A stretch of DNA of 64,000 nt from Owenia fusiformis. Lineage: Eukaryota. Below are positions 44,901 to 59,900 of the stretch, one piece after another. Where the stretch lies: contig CAIIXF020000001.1 of NCBI GenBank assembly GCA_903813345.2, positions 29,326,001 through 29,390,000 of the forward strand. Direction: 5' to 3'. The number at the start of each line of letters is the position of its first letter. Position 1 is the first letter of the stretch. A program made the translations under genes and the position numbers. Under the pieces are notes generated by a model. That model saw only the letters and a list, made by a program, of their open reading frames with translations, searched no databases and was not told the DNA's origin.

Positions 44901-47900
44901 ACTTTTCAATAACTTCAGAATTCGGTTTATATTTGTTTTCACTATTTTGACGAAATTGATATTATATATTTAAGAACTTCCCAATTGAAGAAGAAACCAA
45001 TGGAATTTTTCTGAATAAAAAAATGGGATAATAGAGAATGCTCTGGTTTATCAAAAATGTCGCTCACTGGTTCACTCACTCTATGAAAGATTCTTATTGA
45101 TAAATGATTAAGGAAAGGTTTTTTGCTTATACTATTTTACATCATTAATAGAAATGGCAGAAGTGATATGTTTTAAACAAACTTTCCACAATATTCATTT
45201 GTGGTTTAAACCACCATTTCTATTAATAATCACTGAAAACATGCATTTATTTTAAGGTGTTTCAGTGCCATTGTAGATGAATGAAGGAATTCATGAAAAA
45301 CATCAAATGAATTGAGTGATTCTTAAGTGATAATGTCACTTACTACACATGGCATCATTCTCATCTGAACCATCAGAACAATCTTCTCTCCCGTCACATT
45401 TCCTTCTTACATCAATACATTCCCCACTTCCACATGTAAATTCATTAGTGGTGCACTCGACAGTGACTAAAATGGGGTTTTAAACATTACTAACACTAAG
45501 TTAATAATGGTTTGGAGTTGGAATAGTTTAATAATTTATTCTACACATGAGTAATAAAGATGGTATAAGTTATAAAAGGATGAGTTAAGTACACTACCAA
45601 ACCCTTTACAATGTACTGACACACCAGTAATAGAGACAGTATGTAAGATATGTTCCATTAAAAACAAATCAACAAATGTTATTAATAAGCACCAACCCCC
45701 TTGTAGAGTCAGCTACAGTATGTTCTGATACTTGCCATCAGATAAAAAAATTCACCAAAGGTAAACACCAAAGGTACAGTATAAAATGATTCTTGTGATA
45801 ACGTCACTTACTACATGTGGCATCATTTTCATCTGATCCATCAGAACAATCTTCTCTCCCATCACATTTCCTTCTTACATCAATACATTCCCCACTTCCA
45901 CATGTAAATTCATTAGTGGTGCACTCTACTGTGACTAAAATGTGATATTCAAACATGATTAGCGCACAAGCAAGGAGTGGTTTGGACAAGATGTTAGCAA
46001 GAATCAAGAGTCAGTATTTGGATACATTGATAGTTGTGAGCTTTCTTTTCAAAATTGGCATTTTTTCATCAAAGTAACCACATACCAATGCACTTTCAGC
46101 TTTGGATTTTCAGTTATACCAATCCTACTTTCCATGTTATTGAAACCCAAACCCTAAGAGATAATCTCTATCTTGTGTTGAAGCAGAGCTCTATAACACA
46201 TAAGCTTGATGTAGTCAAATTTCCAACTTCAAAGCTAAAAACCAATGGGGAAATGGTTCACTATGAAAACTTCTATTTTTGAAAAGATAACAAAAAGGCC
46301 ATCAATGTATCTTGCTACAGACTAGTGAATAATAGATAGACAACTCATTGTCAATCATTTATACATGTTATAAGCAGCGCCTGGTGCAGACAAACTTTTC
46401 CAGAGATTATATCTCTTGCAAAGCATGCTGTCAACCAATTAAGATCCTGCCCTATTTCAAGATGGTTGCCTTTTCACCGCTTTTCTCAGTTAAGACATGT
46501 TTTGATTCTATGTAGATTTTGCATGAATGTTCAAATATCTAATAAAATAAAATCAAGCAATGTGGAGGCAATCTTGAAAAACAAATTATTTTATATAAAA
46601 GGGTTTGACGACAGGTTCTCTGTGTTATTAGTTAGGGTGCACCATGTGTGGGAGAAATAATGTCAGTTCCAAGATATCAAATAGGTTGCTAGATAAAGAT
46701 GAGCCAAAAACTGTGCAGCACTTTCTATATGTGACATTACTACGTATGCAATTTTTCTGAAATTAAAGCTGATGCACATATTTTTGAACCCATAATAACC
46801 AGAAAAGTTTATTTGATAATTCTCATATAGTTTAGAGATATCAACATGAATCCCTGAGGCAAATTCTAATGTAAGACAGTCAAGATTCCCAAATACACCA
46901 GCACTTACTACATGTTGCATCATTTTCATCTGATCCATCAGAACAATCTTCTCTCCCATCACATTTCCTTCTTACATCAATACATTCCCCATTACCACAT
47001 GTAAACTGATTAGCTGTGCATTCTACAGGGCTGACTACAATGTGATATTCAAATGTAATTAGCGCACAAGCGAATTAGCCAAACAATTCCCTTGCTTTTG
47101 ATTGTTTTATGGAAACTGACATCCAGAGTTAATAATATAGTTCAAATAGTTATGTTAGTTATATATAGTATCAGTGAGGCATCTCATGAAAAAATTGTGT
47201 TCAGAATATGGTATATTTTTTAAAATATTATTTTATATTTTGAATCCTGATATACAATTTTTAAGAGATGTCTCATTCAGAAAATATTACAAATACAAAG
47301 CGTAAAAGATCAAAGCTGAATGCTTGAAAAACTGACTTCCAGGACAGATAGTAAGTCAGTGTTTAATTCATACATTAAGATCTTTCTGGAGAACACAAAC
47401 CACATCAATAAAATAATGTACTCACGACAAGTAGCTGCAGATTCATCAGATCCATCGCTGCAGTCTGATCTTCCATCGCATTTACGCCTAACATCTATAC
47501 ACTCTTTATTGTCACAGGTGAACTCAAATGAAGTGCACTCAACTGGAGCTGCAATTAAAGAAAGATGATATTTACTTCTTTAGTAAAATCATGTCAAAGG
47601 TCTATATATTGCTCATGAATTTATTTTCATTATTTTATGTGTTTAACTGTATGTGATATATTTCATGTGACATAATATTACTGTATATATAAGTTACAGA
47701 TAAGAGACAACATATAAAAGATATTACATATACATGTAATTTAACAATTACATATAATTCATATAATGAATATAACTGAAAGAACGTTGGACCATCGATA
47801 TAAAACAGTGATCCAAAACATTAGACATAACTTACAACAAGCAGCTTCAGTTTCATCTGAACCATCTGTGCAATCATTATACTGATCACATACTCGTCTA

Positions 47901-50900
47901 TTATCAATACAATATCCATCGCCACATGCGAACTCATAAACAGTACATTTACGAGGTGCTAAAAATGGTTATATACATCAAATTACAAATCATGCAGGGA
48001 TCTTTTCCGTTCATTACATTTGTGATTGGTAAAATGTAATTTTTTGTATGCATATATATCTGTATCACAAGTATAATGATGGCAGTAAGAAATAGGGTAT
48101 AGTTTAAGTACTAAAGATATAAGGAATCAAAGCATTTGGGGAAAGCAAGCAAAAGCAAACATGGTATGTTCAGTACTAGAATTATTAAAATAGAAGAACC
48201 CTAAAGATATTTTAACTCTGAAATAAACCTCTGAATAAAACTTACGGCATGTAGCGGGTGTTTCATCAGATCCATCTGAACAATCTGTATATCTGTCACA
48301 TTTCCTTCTTACATCTATGCATTCCCCATTGGCACATGTGAACTCAAAATCATCCTTACAATTACTTGGAATAGGAGTTGTAGGGACAGAAGTTGTAACG
48401 ACACGAGTTGTAGGGACAGGATTTGTAACAACACGAGTTGTACCAACAGGAGTTGTACCGACAGAAGTTGTAACAACAGGAGTTGTAGGGACAGGAGTTG
48501 TAACAATAGGAGTTGTAACGACAGGAGTTGTAGAGGCAGGAGTTGTAGGGACAGAAGTTGTAACAGGGGCTAAATGTAATATAAGCATTTTTCCTAAACT
48601 TAGTAAAATTACGTTTGAGGGACAGTATTAAAATCATATTTGTCAAATGTGGGAAATATGCATTTCCACTGCATCAAATATACACAGCTTTTCAAGTTCA
48701 CGAGGTAATTAAATTATTTCTTTTTCAAATTACAACTCAGAAAATTCCAAAATATTACATGTAACTTACAACAAGCAGCTTCAGTTTCATCTGAGCCATC
48801 TGTGCAATCATTATACTGATCACATACTCGTCTATTATCAATACAATATCCATCGTCACATGCGAACTCATAAACAGTACATTTACGAGGTGCTAAAAAT
48901 GGTTATATACATCAAATTACAAAACATGCAGGGATTTTTACATTCATTACATTTGTGATTGGTGAAATGTAATTATTTGTATATATATACACATGTATAT
49001 CTGTATCACAAGTATAATGACAGCAGTAAGAAATGAGGTATAGTATAAGTACTAAAGATATAAAGAATCAAAGCATTTGGGGAAAGCAAGCAAAAGCAAA
49101 CATGGTATGTTCAGTACTAGAATTATTAAAATAGAAGGACCCTAAAGATATTATAACTCTGAAATTAACCTCTGAATAAAACTTACGGCATGTAGCTGGT
49201 GTTTCATCAGATCCATCTGAACAATCAGTATACCTATCACATTTCCTTCTTACATCTATGCACTCCCCATTGGCACACATGAACTCATAATCATCCTTAC
49301 AATTACTTGGAATAGGAGTTGTAGGAACAGGAGTTGTAGGGACAGGAGTTGTAACGACACGAGTTGTAGGGACAGGATTTGTAACGACACGAGTTGTAGG
49401 GACAGGATTTGTAACGACACGAGTTGTACCGACAGGAGTTGTACCGACAGAAGTTGTTACAACAGGAGTTGTAACGACAGGAGTTGTAGGGACAGGAGTT
49501 GTACGGACAGAAGTTGTAACAGGGGCTAAATGTAATATAAGTATTTCCTATACTTAGCAAAATCATATTTGAGGGACAGTATGAACACCATATTTGTCAA
49601 ATGCGGGAAATATGCATTTCCACTGCATTAAATATGCACAACTTTTCAAGTTCAAGAGGTCATTGGATTATACATTTTTTAAATGACAACTCAGAAAATT
49701 CCAAAATATTACATGTAACTTACAACAAGCAGCTTCAGTTTCATCTGAGCCATCTGTGCAATCATTATACTGATCACATACTCGTCTATTATCAATGCAA
49801 TATCCATCGTCACATGCGAACTCATAAACAGTACATTTACGAGGTGCTAAAAATGGTTATACACATCTAATTACAAATCATGTAGGGATCTTTTCCGTTC
49901 ATTACATTTGTGATTGGTAAAATGTAATTATTTGTATGCACATATATATCTGTATCACAAGTATAATGACAGCAGTAAGAAATAGGGTATACTTTAACTA
50001 CTAAAGATATAAAGAATCAAAGGATTTGGGGAAAGCAAGCAAAAGCAAACATGGTAAGTACAGTACTAGAATTATTAAAATAGAAGGAACCTAAAAATAA
50101 TCTTATTCTGAAATGAATAAAACTTACGGCATGTAGCTGGTGTTTCATCAGATCCATCGGAACAATCTGTATACCTGTCACATTTCCTTCTTACATCTAT
50201 GCATTCCCCATTGGCACATGTGAACTCATAATCTGCCTTACAATTACTTGGAATAGGAGTTGTAAGGACACGAGTTGTAGGAACAGGAGTTCTAGGGACA
50301 GGAGTTGTAACGACACGAGTTGTAGGGACAGGAGTTGTAACAACAGGAGTTGTAGAGACATGATTTGTAAGGACAGAAGTTGTAACGGGGGCTAAATGTA
50401 ATACAAATATTTTTCCTATACTTAGCAAAATCATATTTGAGGGGACAGCATAAAAAATATGCACAACTTTTCAAGTTCACAAGATCATTAGAACATATTT
50501 TTTTTAATTTTCAAATCAGAAAATTCCAAAATATTACATGTAACTTACAACAAGCAGCTTCAGTTTCATCTGAGCCATCTGTGCAATCATTATACTGATC
50601 ACATACTCGTCTATTATCAATGCAATATCCATCATCACATGCGAACTCATAAACAGTACATTTACGAGGTGCTAAAAAAGGTTATATACATCTAATTACA
50701 AAACATGCAGGGATTTTTACATTCATTACATTTGTGATTGGTAAAATGTAATTATTTGTATGCATATATATATATCTGTATCACAAGTATAATGACAGCA
50801 GTAAGAAATAGAGTATACTATAACTACTAAAGATATAAAGAATCAAAGCATTTGGGGAAAGCAAGCAAAAGCAAACATGGTATGTTCAGTACTAGAATTA

Positions 50901-53900
50901 TTAAAATAGAAGAAGCCTAAAGATATTTTAACTCTGAAATAAACCTCTGAATAAGACTTACGGCATGTAGTGGGTGTTTCATCAGATCCATCGGAACAAT
51001 CTGCATACCTATCACATTTCCTTCTTACATCTATGCATTCCCCATTGGAACATGTGAACTCATAATCAGCCTTACACTTACTTGTAATAGGAGTTGTAGG
51101 TACAGGAGTTGTAGGTACAGGAGTTGTAGGTACAGGAGTTGTAGGGACAGAATTTGTGATGGGGGCTAAACATAATATATAAATTTTCTTATACTTAGTA
51201 AAATTATGTTTGAGGGACACACTACAAAAGCAGTACAAACACATATTTGTCAAATGTATATGCACGACTTTTTAAGTTCACATGATCAATGGATTATAAT
51301 TTCTTTTAATTTAACTCAGAAAATGCTTAACAGCCAACTGAAACTTACAACAGAGAGTTTCATTTTCATCAGAGCCGTCTTTACAATCAGCGTATGCATC
51401 ACATTTCAACCTAGCATCTATGCACTGTCCATCACCACAACGGAACTGTGTGCTAGTACAGTTAGTAAGGCCAGGTGCTACATATAACACAACACAAATA
51501 AGAATACCACAGACAAATAGACAATGCCATCGGGGGATATCACAATAATCAACAACAAACATCAGGAGTTCATATTCATTTGAAATATAAAATCTTGCAA
51601 ATACCCGCATATTAAATCCAATCCAATGCACATCTGATTTTGACCAGTGATATAGATGTTCCAGGGACAACGAACCAAACCCCAATAAACCATACACAAA
51701 ATCAGCCCAAGTGGTCTGAGTACTTACGGCATGTTATCTCAGATTCGTCTGAGTTATCAGTACAGTCACTAACTCTATTACATTTCAGGCTAATATCAAT
51801 ACACTCTCCATTGTCACATTTAAACTGATTGTCAGTACACACATTAGGATTTGGGGCTAAAATAAGGATAGATAAATTATGTTAATTGAAGGTTTATTAC
51901 GGAACCACAGACCAAAAAGTATTGGTAACACACATAGAAATCAAGAATTTCACAATACAACTGGTCATAAGGAAACAAATCCTAACATCCCAAACTAGGA
52001 TCTAACATGAACAGACATGGTAATTAAGTAGACATTAGATTATTAACATTAGACATTGAGATTATACACAGGTCATTTCTGGGAGAGGAATGAGGCACAC
52101 ACAGATTTAGATGGTACACCCAAGGGGATTTGACTTACAACATTCAGATTCATCAGATCCATCAATGCAGTTGGGTATACCATTGCACTTTTCTGTCCCT
52201 GGGATACATGTACCATCTCCACAACGATGCTCACTGGGATCACATGCAGCTAGAAATGTGAGGTTTTAAACAAAAAATAAGCTTATAAGCGAAAAAAATG
52301 GAAAAAGCTAAAATCATGGGAATGAAAAACCACTTAAGTTCTTAACTTTTCTCTGAAAGAATAATTTCATTTAATTATTTTGTGAATACAAAAACTTACA
52401 ACACAAAGCTTTTGATTCATCAGAACCATCTGCACAATCCCCTTCTAGGCCATCACATTTGAATGCAATATCTATACACTCACCATCATTACAACGGAAC
52501 TTCTCTGGACCACATGCATCTACAGCTACAACATTCATATGTAAATAGTTTGAGAATTTTGTATCATTGTGTATGTGTGAACTGTGATATAATTTTATGT
52601 TCATGTGTTTGTGTGGTGATGCTATGACGATGATGCACATTCTCCATGTTTATATACGAAGCATGATGCTATTAGATTTTATCAAAACTTACAACAAACT
52701 TCCTCTAATTCATCTGAGCCATCGCTACAGTCTTCCTTTTGATTACATTTATCTTCTACATCAATGCACTCTCCACTTTCACATGTAAACTGATTTTCGG
52801 AGCATGTTACAGAAGCTAAAACAGAATTGATGGAATAAAATGGAAAAGAACAAATAATATGTATCTGTGTGTAGATTAATTTTGATAGACATTCAGAGTT
52901 TTGTCTGAAATGATTAAAAATTGAAAAAAAGTTAATCACCATTCCATATCAACAGATGGTATGAAGTAAACAACACCACTGTATTGAACATTATATTACA
53001 AAGAATTATTTAGGGTTATCAACATGGGGAACATGTTTTATTAAAGAATTTGATTTTTTCGCTTCAATTATATGTTTCATCACATTTTCCTTCTACTCTA
53101 TTGTCACATGTTAACTCATTAGTGGTACATGTAACAGCTGTGGCTGAAACATTGATGCCAAGTATTATGAGGATTTGAATTTGTATTGGTTATCGTGCCA
53201 TTGAAAATATGTGTATATGTATGTCACACAAAATCAGGGGGAAAACTGTATTATATTAACAAAACAACACTTATATTAGGAAAATCTCAAATTCAATTCC
53301 AATTTGTGTTCAAAACTTACAACAAATATATTCAGATTCATCAGAACCATCAGAACAGTCTCCTTTCCCATCACATGATAAGCTACCATCTATACATTCA
53401 CCATTAGCACATGTGAATTCACCAGCAGTACAAGTTATTGGAGCTGAAATGTGGTGATGGGACATTTTAATACAACGATCCACCAACTACATAATGATGA
53501 GGAGTGTATATCTATTGGTACAACCATTAAAATGTTTAAATAGAGCAATTTCTAATATATCTACTCAATAAAAACCTTATCAAAGTTTTTCATATACATT
53601 GTTGATATGTGCATTTCCTTGTCCTGCAGTATGTGTCTAAGAATATGTGTTTTGATAAGCATGCAATGGGAATTTATCTTGATATACCTGATTATCTCTA
53701 GGTAAGGAGCCATATTTTATCCTTGTCCTCTCTTGTGAATTATTACCAACTCAATATTATACGAGTCACGTGGATATCCTAATTTAACATAAGCAGTTGT
53801 CACATAATACTTGGGTGCTAAAACATGGCAGTCAGTATGTTAGAGACATGAAATGTTACAGAAATGAGGTGCTGAATAGTATAAAGAACAAAACTACATT

Positions 53901-56900
53901 TGATGATATCTTGCATATGATATTCCAATTCATTTTCACTTAATAACTCGACAATTCCACACATAAAATTAAAAAAAAAACAATAGGAATGAGATAACAA
54001 TATGTGATAATAACTTTGTTGAGGGAAAAATGAAAATACTTTGTTGCAAACTGGACCCAAAGACAAAGAACCAGATCTGCCCTATGCAAGAAAGTCATCA
54101 AATATACTTCATATAATGATTGGTATCATCTCGAATAATATTTGATTAACAGAAAAAGAATTCAGAATTCAATGAGTATTGACTAAAAAATGAAAATATA
54201 TTGACATTAATTGTTATTTAATGAAGGAGGACAATATATCCGATCGGATAGAATGAGTCTCAGTTTCCATATCCTGCAAATGCATGCTGTAGAAATACCC
54301 CATTACCAAAGGAATTGACCATGAAAACTTACAGCATGTTGAAACAGCTTCATCAGACCCATCCATACATTCTATGGTCATATCACATTTAAACATTATG
54401 TGTATGCACTCCCCATTGTCACAACGAAACTGTGTATCACTACATTCTATAAAATGTACAATGATCTTATCATTGCTTCATACAATGGTGATGGAACATA
54501 CAGTCTAAAGTGTTTTAATATTCTCTCTTGAAATGAGTCCACATTTAAACATTATATGAATGCACTTGCCATTATCATAATGAAACTGTGTATCACTACA
54601 TTCTATAATATGTACAATGATCTGAGAGCTTCATCAATGGTAATGGAACATGGAGTTTAAAGTGTTTTAAAATTCTCTTTTGAACCGAGTCTAAGGCAAG
54701 TAAAGCTGAGGTGCTTATATAAGAGGAAACATACTGCAAGTAGTTTCCGTATCTTCATCTGATCCATCTACACAGTCCTTTAACAGGTCACATTTAAAGT
54801 ATATATTAATGCACTCCCCACTCCCACACTGGAACTCATTCTCTGTACACTCTCTCTTAGCTAGAATGGATCAATTCAAAAGACAATCATCCCATTGTTT
54901 TCTATCTGTTATGAGATTAAGCCATCTTTATAGCTCACAGTTACTATATTTCTGCATGTACAGGGTGATCAAGAAGAAATGAGAAGTGCTGTCATCAATG
55001 GAAAAGTAATACAATATTTACTAAATATTTACATACATCATATAAACATCAACTCGATCAAGATGTTTCAAAAAAGAATTTTCTGAGTGGTACACTTAAA
55101 CATTCTCGAGACAAGCTTAGTATAGGTGTTTCAAACTATAATTACAATATGAAACACTAATAATGCCAAGATACTCGCGTATATCACACATGCATTCCCC
55201 GAAGTATTAGATTGTTCGAAAAGAGAAAAGAGCACTTTTGCATTTACTTATCTCTCACCCTATACATATACTATTCTGTATCATATTTCCATCTGATTAA
55301 GAAGGAGAAAAAGAACAGTGGGTGAAGGTCATTATTAACATTGGGGACAGAACTATATTATACCACTATATTATTCCACATGTTAACAACATACGATTTG
55401 ATTAAGGCGACTATTACTATCTAGTATTATAGTTCTTAACACAAACCAAACTTACGACATATTGTATTTGCTTCATCTGAGCCATCCATACAGTTTTCCT
55501 CACCATTACATTTAAACTGTAAATCTATACATTCACCATCATCACAGTGAAACATATCAGCACTACAGCCAGAGGACACTAAACAAAATGATGTGAAATA
55601 TGAAATACATATTTTGAATGGGTCAACAGATTATGTCTTTAAGACAATGTATTTTGCAGTGATGTAATGAAATTTTCAAAGGAGAACATGATGAGGGTTT
55701 ACAGAAAAAACTTACTACAATAGGTTTCTAGTTCATCTGAACCATCGCTGCAGTCTTTTCGACCATCACATTTCTTGTTGAGACCAACACACTGACCATT
55801 ATCACATTCAAACTGAACAGCAGTGCATTTTTCCAAAGTACTCGCTAAAATTATTGTTGAGAATAACCAATAAAAGCAAAAAGAAATGGAATTGATATTG
55901 GTTCTGAATATGTAAATATTACAATAGACTTCAAAACATGGCGATTTTTATCTCCAGATGTTCAAATTGTTGAAAACTTACGACAAGTTATTTCGGACTC
56001 ATCTGAGCCATCACTACAGTCATCATTACTATCACATTTCTTAATACCATCAATACACTCTCCATTGCTACATGTAAACTGATCAGCAGAGCATTCTACA
56101 GTTTTTGGGGCTGAAATATCCATGTGAAAAAATAAAAAACAATATTTATTTTTCAAATAATACGATATTCTCAACATTATCACTTTTGCTTCTTGTTTTC
56201 CATGTTTTGTGAATAATCCAGTTTCTGATTTTTATTAGACTACCAAGTTCTTCAAATTTTCCCTAGTTATGCTATATGTTAGTTTTCTCTGGCTTTCTCT
56301 GGCCTGCTCAGTATATATGATTAAAGCTTACAACATGTAGATGGAGATTCATCTGAACCATCTGTGCAATCCTTATACTTGTCACATTTCCTTCTATTGT
56401 CTATACAATTTCCATTGTCACATCGAAACTCATACCAACTGCAGTTGCGGGCAGTTTCTATAATATAATGGTTGAGGTATGCAGTAAAACACAGAACATT
56501 TTGATTAGTTTAACAATACGACTGCTTGTACCTTTTAGAATGAAGCAGTTTTACTGAATGCACTATTCAATGTTATTGTGATATTATTATAATGCCAGTT
56601 TTGTAATATATGTAATTGTCTGGAGCTTAAGAGACTTACGACAGTTGGCTTGTAGTTCATCTGAACCATCTTGACAATCTACATAACGATCACATTTCCT
56701 TCTCTTGTCTATACATTTGCCATCATCGCAGCGAAACTCAAAGAAAGTACAATTACGAGGAGCTACAATGTTCAATGTTCCAATCATTACGTTAACAGCA
56801 AACAGACCGAAACTAAGGTATCAATCCAATTCAATTCATTTTATAGAATTAGGAATTTCATGAAAATCAATACACATTTGTTCACGCTTCACATGTATTT

Positions 56901-59900
56901 CAAAATATGTTTGATTGTGAGAAATCATTCTCTCATAAAAAGAACTTACGGCAGGTAATAACTGATTCATCTGATCCATCATAACAATCAGAATAAAGAT
57001 CACACTTAAATCTACTGTCAATGCAAAGTGAACCATCATCACATTGGAACTCAGTGGGGCCACACATAGATGTCACTGCTACAATATAACACCAGTTGAA
57101 TATTAGGTACAAAGGTCCATTCATATCCAATCTAGTGCCTCTCTATTTATACTCTTTATATTGGATATAGTCGGATAAATCAAACCAGATGTATCATGTC
57201 CAGTCTCTGGAACACTGGTGCCTGAGATTTTAGTAATGACAATCATAGTTACATTAAACATTAGGGCATACATTGTACAGTACAGATGCACCTGTCCAAT
57301 GCAGCAGCTATTTGGCACACATGAGTAGAGTGAATATCTTATCTGGCTTTGATCATCTTATGACTTAGGCTTTAAATAGATCAAGATTATGCAAAGACTT
57401 ACGACATATAGTTTCTAATTCATCCGACCCATCACTACAGTCTTTTACATCATCACACTTCTTTTTATTATCAATACAGTCACCATTATCACATGTGAAC
57501 TCTGTAGAGCTACAACTTGACACTAAAATATCAAATTGTACCATGTTTAAGCATGTGACACAACATCAAGCATGTTTCAAAGCTTTTAACAGGATTTCAT
57601 TTTGTTGAGACAAATGAAACTCCAAATGACATAATGACATGAAATACTCCATTACGTTTGTTCATCTCTGAATTGGGTGTTCAATGGAACTTCTTATTAA
57701 AAAAAGTTTGTAAAGAAACATGTAGTATGGACACTTGATTGAGCTCATGAATGAAGGAATATGGTTTGATAGAACTGAATGACTTACGACATGTCATTTC
57801 AGATTCATCTGAGCCATCACTACAATCTTTGGAATTATCACAGGTTAATGCAAGTTTTATGCATTCACCATTAGCACATCTGAATTCACTCACATCGCAT
57901 GTTACAGGAGCTGCAATATCAAATAGATGCAGCAAAATCAGAGAGAAAATAGAGAATAAATTCCTACTCCACGGGAATCATATTCATCCCATATCCATGA
58001 TTGACAATGCCACAATATCTCATTATGAAAGACAATTGTGGATAATTTTTAAAATTGAGTAAATCTTTTTTTAAACATAATATCAGACATCTTCTGACAG
58101 TTTTGGATCTATAGCATAACTGAACTTACTACATTCTTCAGATTCATCTGATCCATCAGTACAATCATTCGTACCATCACATTTCTTCTCGATATCTATG
58201 CAGTCACCGTTAGAACAAGTAAATGTGTTGCTTCCACAAACTTTCGGCGCTAAAATGTGGGAGCACCATAAATCACAATGATAAGTAATGATGATAAGTG
58301 ATTGATGGGACCAAAGGTTTTGAATGAATCAAAACTAAAAGAACTGTCAATTTTATCATTTAAAGATTTAAATCCTTAATCCAAAACCAGATGATAACTT
58401 ACAGCATGTTGCCTTTGCTTCATCTGATCCATCTTTACAATCACTCCAACCATCACATTTACGTTCAATACTAATACACTTTCCAGTGCCACAGCGAAAC
58501 TCTTTCTCAGTGCATTCCAATAAAGCTAGAATATGAAGCCAAATAGATTGCACAAGAATGCTCAAAATGTGTATCAGGGATTGATAAAAAAAGGTCTAAG
58601 GGTTTATTATGAACAAATAGAAACAATACCATGGAGTAATAATGTATACAGGGTTATCTAAATTCATTGTCGGATTGGAATCCTATACTTTAATACAGGT
58701 CATATATAAACATGTAGAGGGCTGGTATTTATGTTAATTTTTAATTCAGATGTTTAAATTGGTTATTGGAATAATAAGGGGACTCACGACAAGTTTTTTC
58801 AGATTCATCTGAACCATCAGTACAATCCTTTCCTCCATCACATTTCAATGCAATGTTAATGCACTCCCCTGTCTCACATCTAAACTGTTTATCTGTGCAA
58901 GTCCCTCTCACTAAAACACGTGGCATGTAGTTGTATACATATTTTGGGGGATTTTTGGATTTTGGAATGACGATATGTTTTGTCATATAGTTGTGATTTT
59001 TGCATTGGTTATCATGTAATAATGTTGAGAGCAGGCCTTATGGCTTGATTTCATTGTGTAATCTTTTCATACAATGATGCCCTATATGGTTTCACATTTA
59101 GATAGGCCAGCAACCTATGGTAACTATATGACTATATTATATATTCAATTCAAATATGCCAAATATATTTATTTATTATGCAACTCACAACAAGAAGTCA
59201 GAGATTCATCTGAGCCATCTGGACAATCTACAGCTTGATCACATTTCCAACTTATGTCTATACAGCTACCATCTCCACACTCGAACTGTTTACTTGTGCA
59301 ATTTTGAAGGGCTAGGGAAATTACAAAGGTTTTAAAATAACAACATGACATTGTTTCTTTGATGTTTTCTAATGTCTGTGTTATAAAAAGTTTTATCTGT
59401 TACCTAATTCATCATTCAATTTTTTGAATCGCCTAGATTATACTTCACTGAATTAATGGTTTCAATGAGATTTCCTTCAATGGGATATGAGTTTCTGATT
59501 CGGCTATGACTTATCAATTTGATGAGTTGTGTCAATGTTATTCTAATATGCTCTAAACTTACGACAATTTGCCTCAGATTCATCAGAGCCATCAAAACAT
59601 TCCTTAACCCCATCACACAACCATTCAATATTAATACAATCCCCATCATCACACCTGAACTGCTTGTCAGTACATTCAACGGGAGCTATAATGTGGATTA
59701 AAGTTCATTAATCAACTTCTGCTCCACGCATCCTGATGTAGGGATTCTACATGTAATTCTTCTTAAAAACCGTTTGACAATGTGTAAAATTAAAGCTTTA
59801 AATTGTGAAGTTCTTGAATAAAGCGGAGAATGTGTATGTTAATTACTTACGACAAGTTACATCAGATTCATCTGAAGCATCTTTACAATCGGGAGAACCA

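Noticed and set aside
48362-50480. Cys/Tyr-rich ORFs ([13 protein letters not shown]...) resembling keratin-associated or metallothionein-like proteins
   Set aside because: They are an alternative frame of the 15-bp mucin VNTR. The splice phase and the downstream LDLa module fix the Thr/Pro/Val frame.
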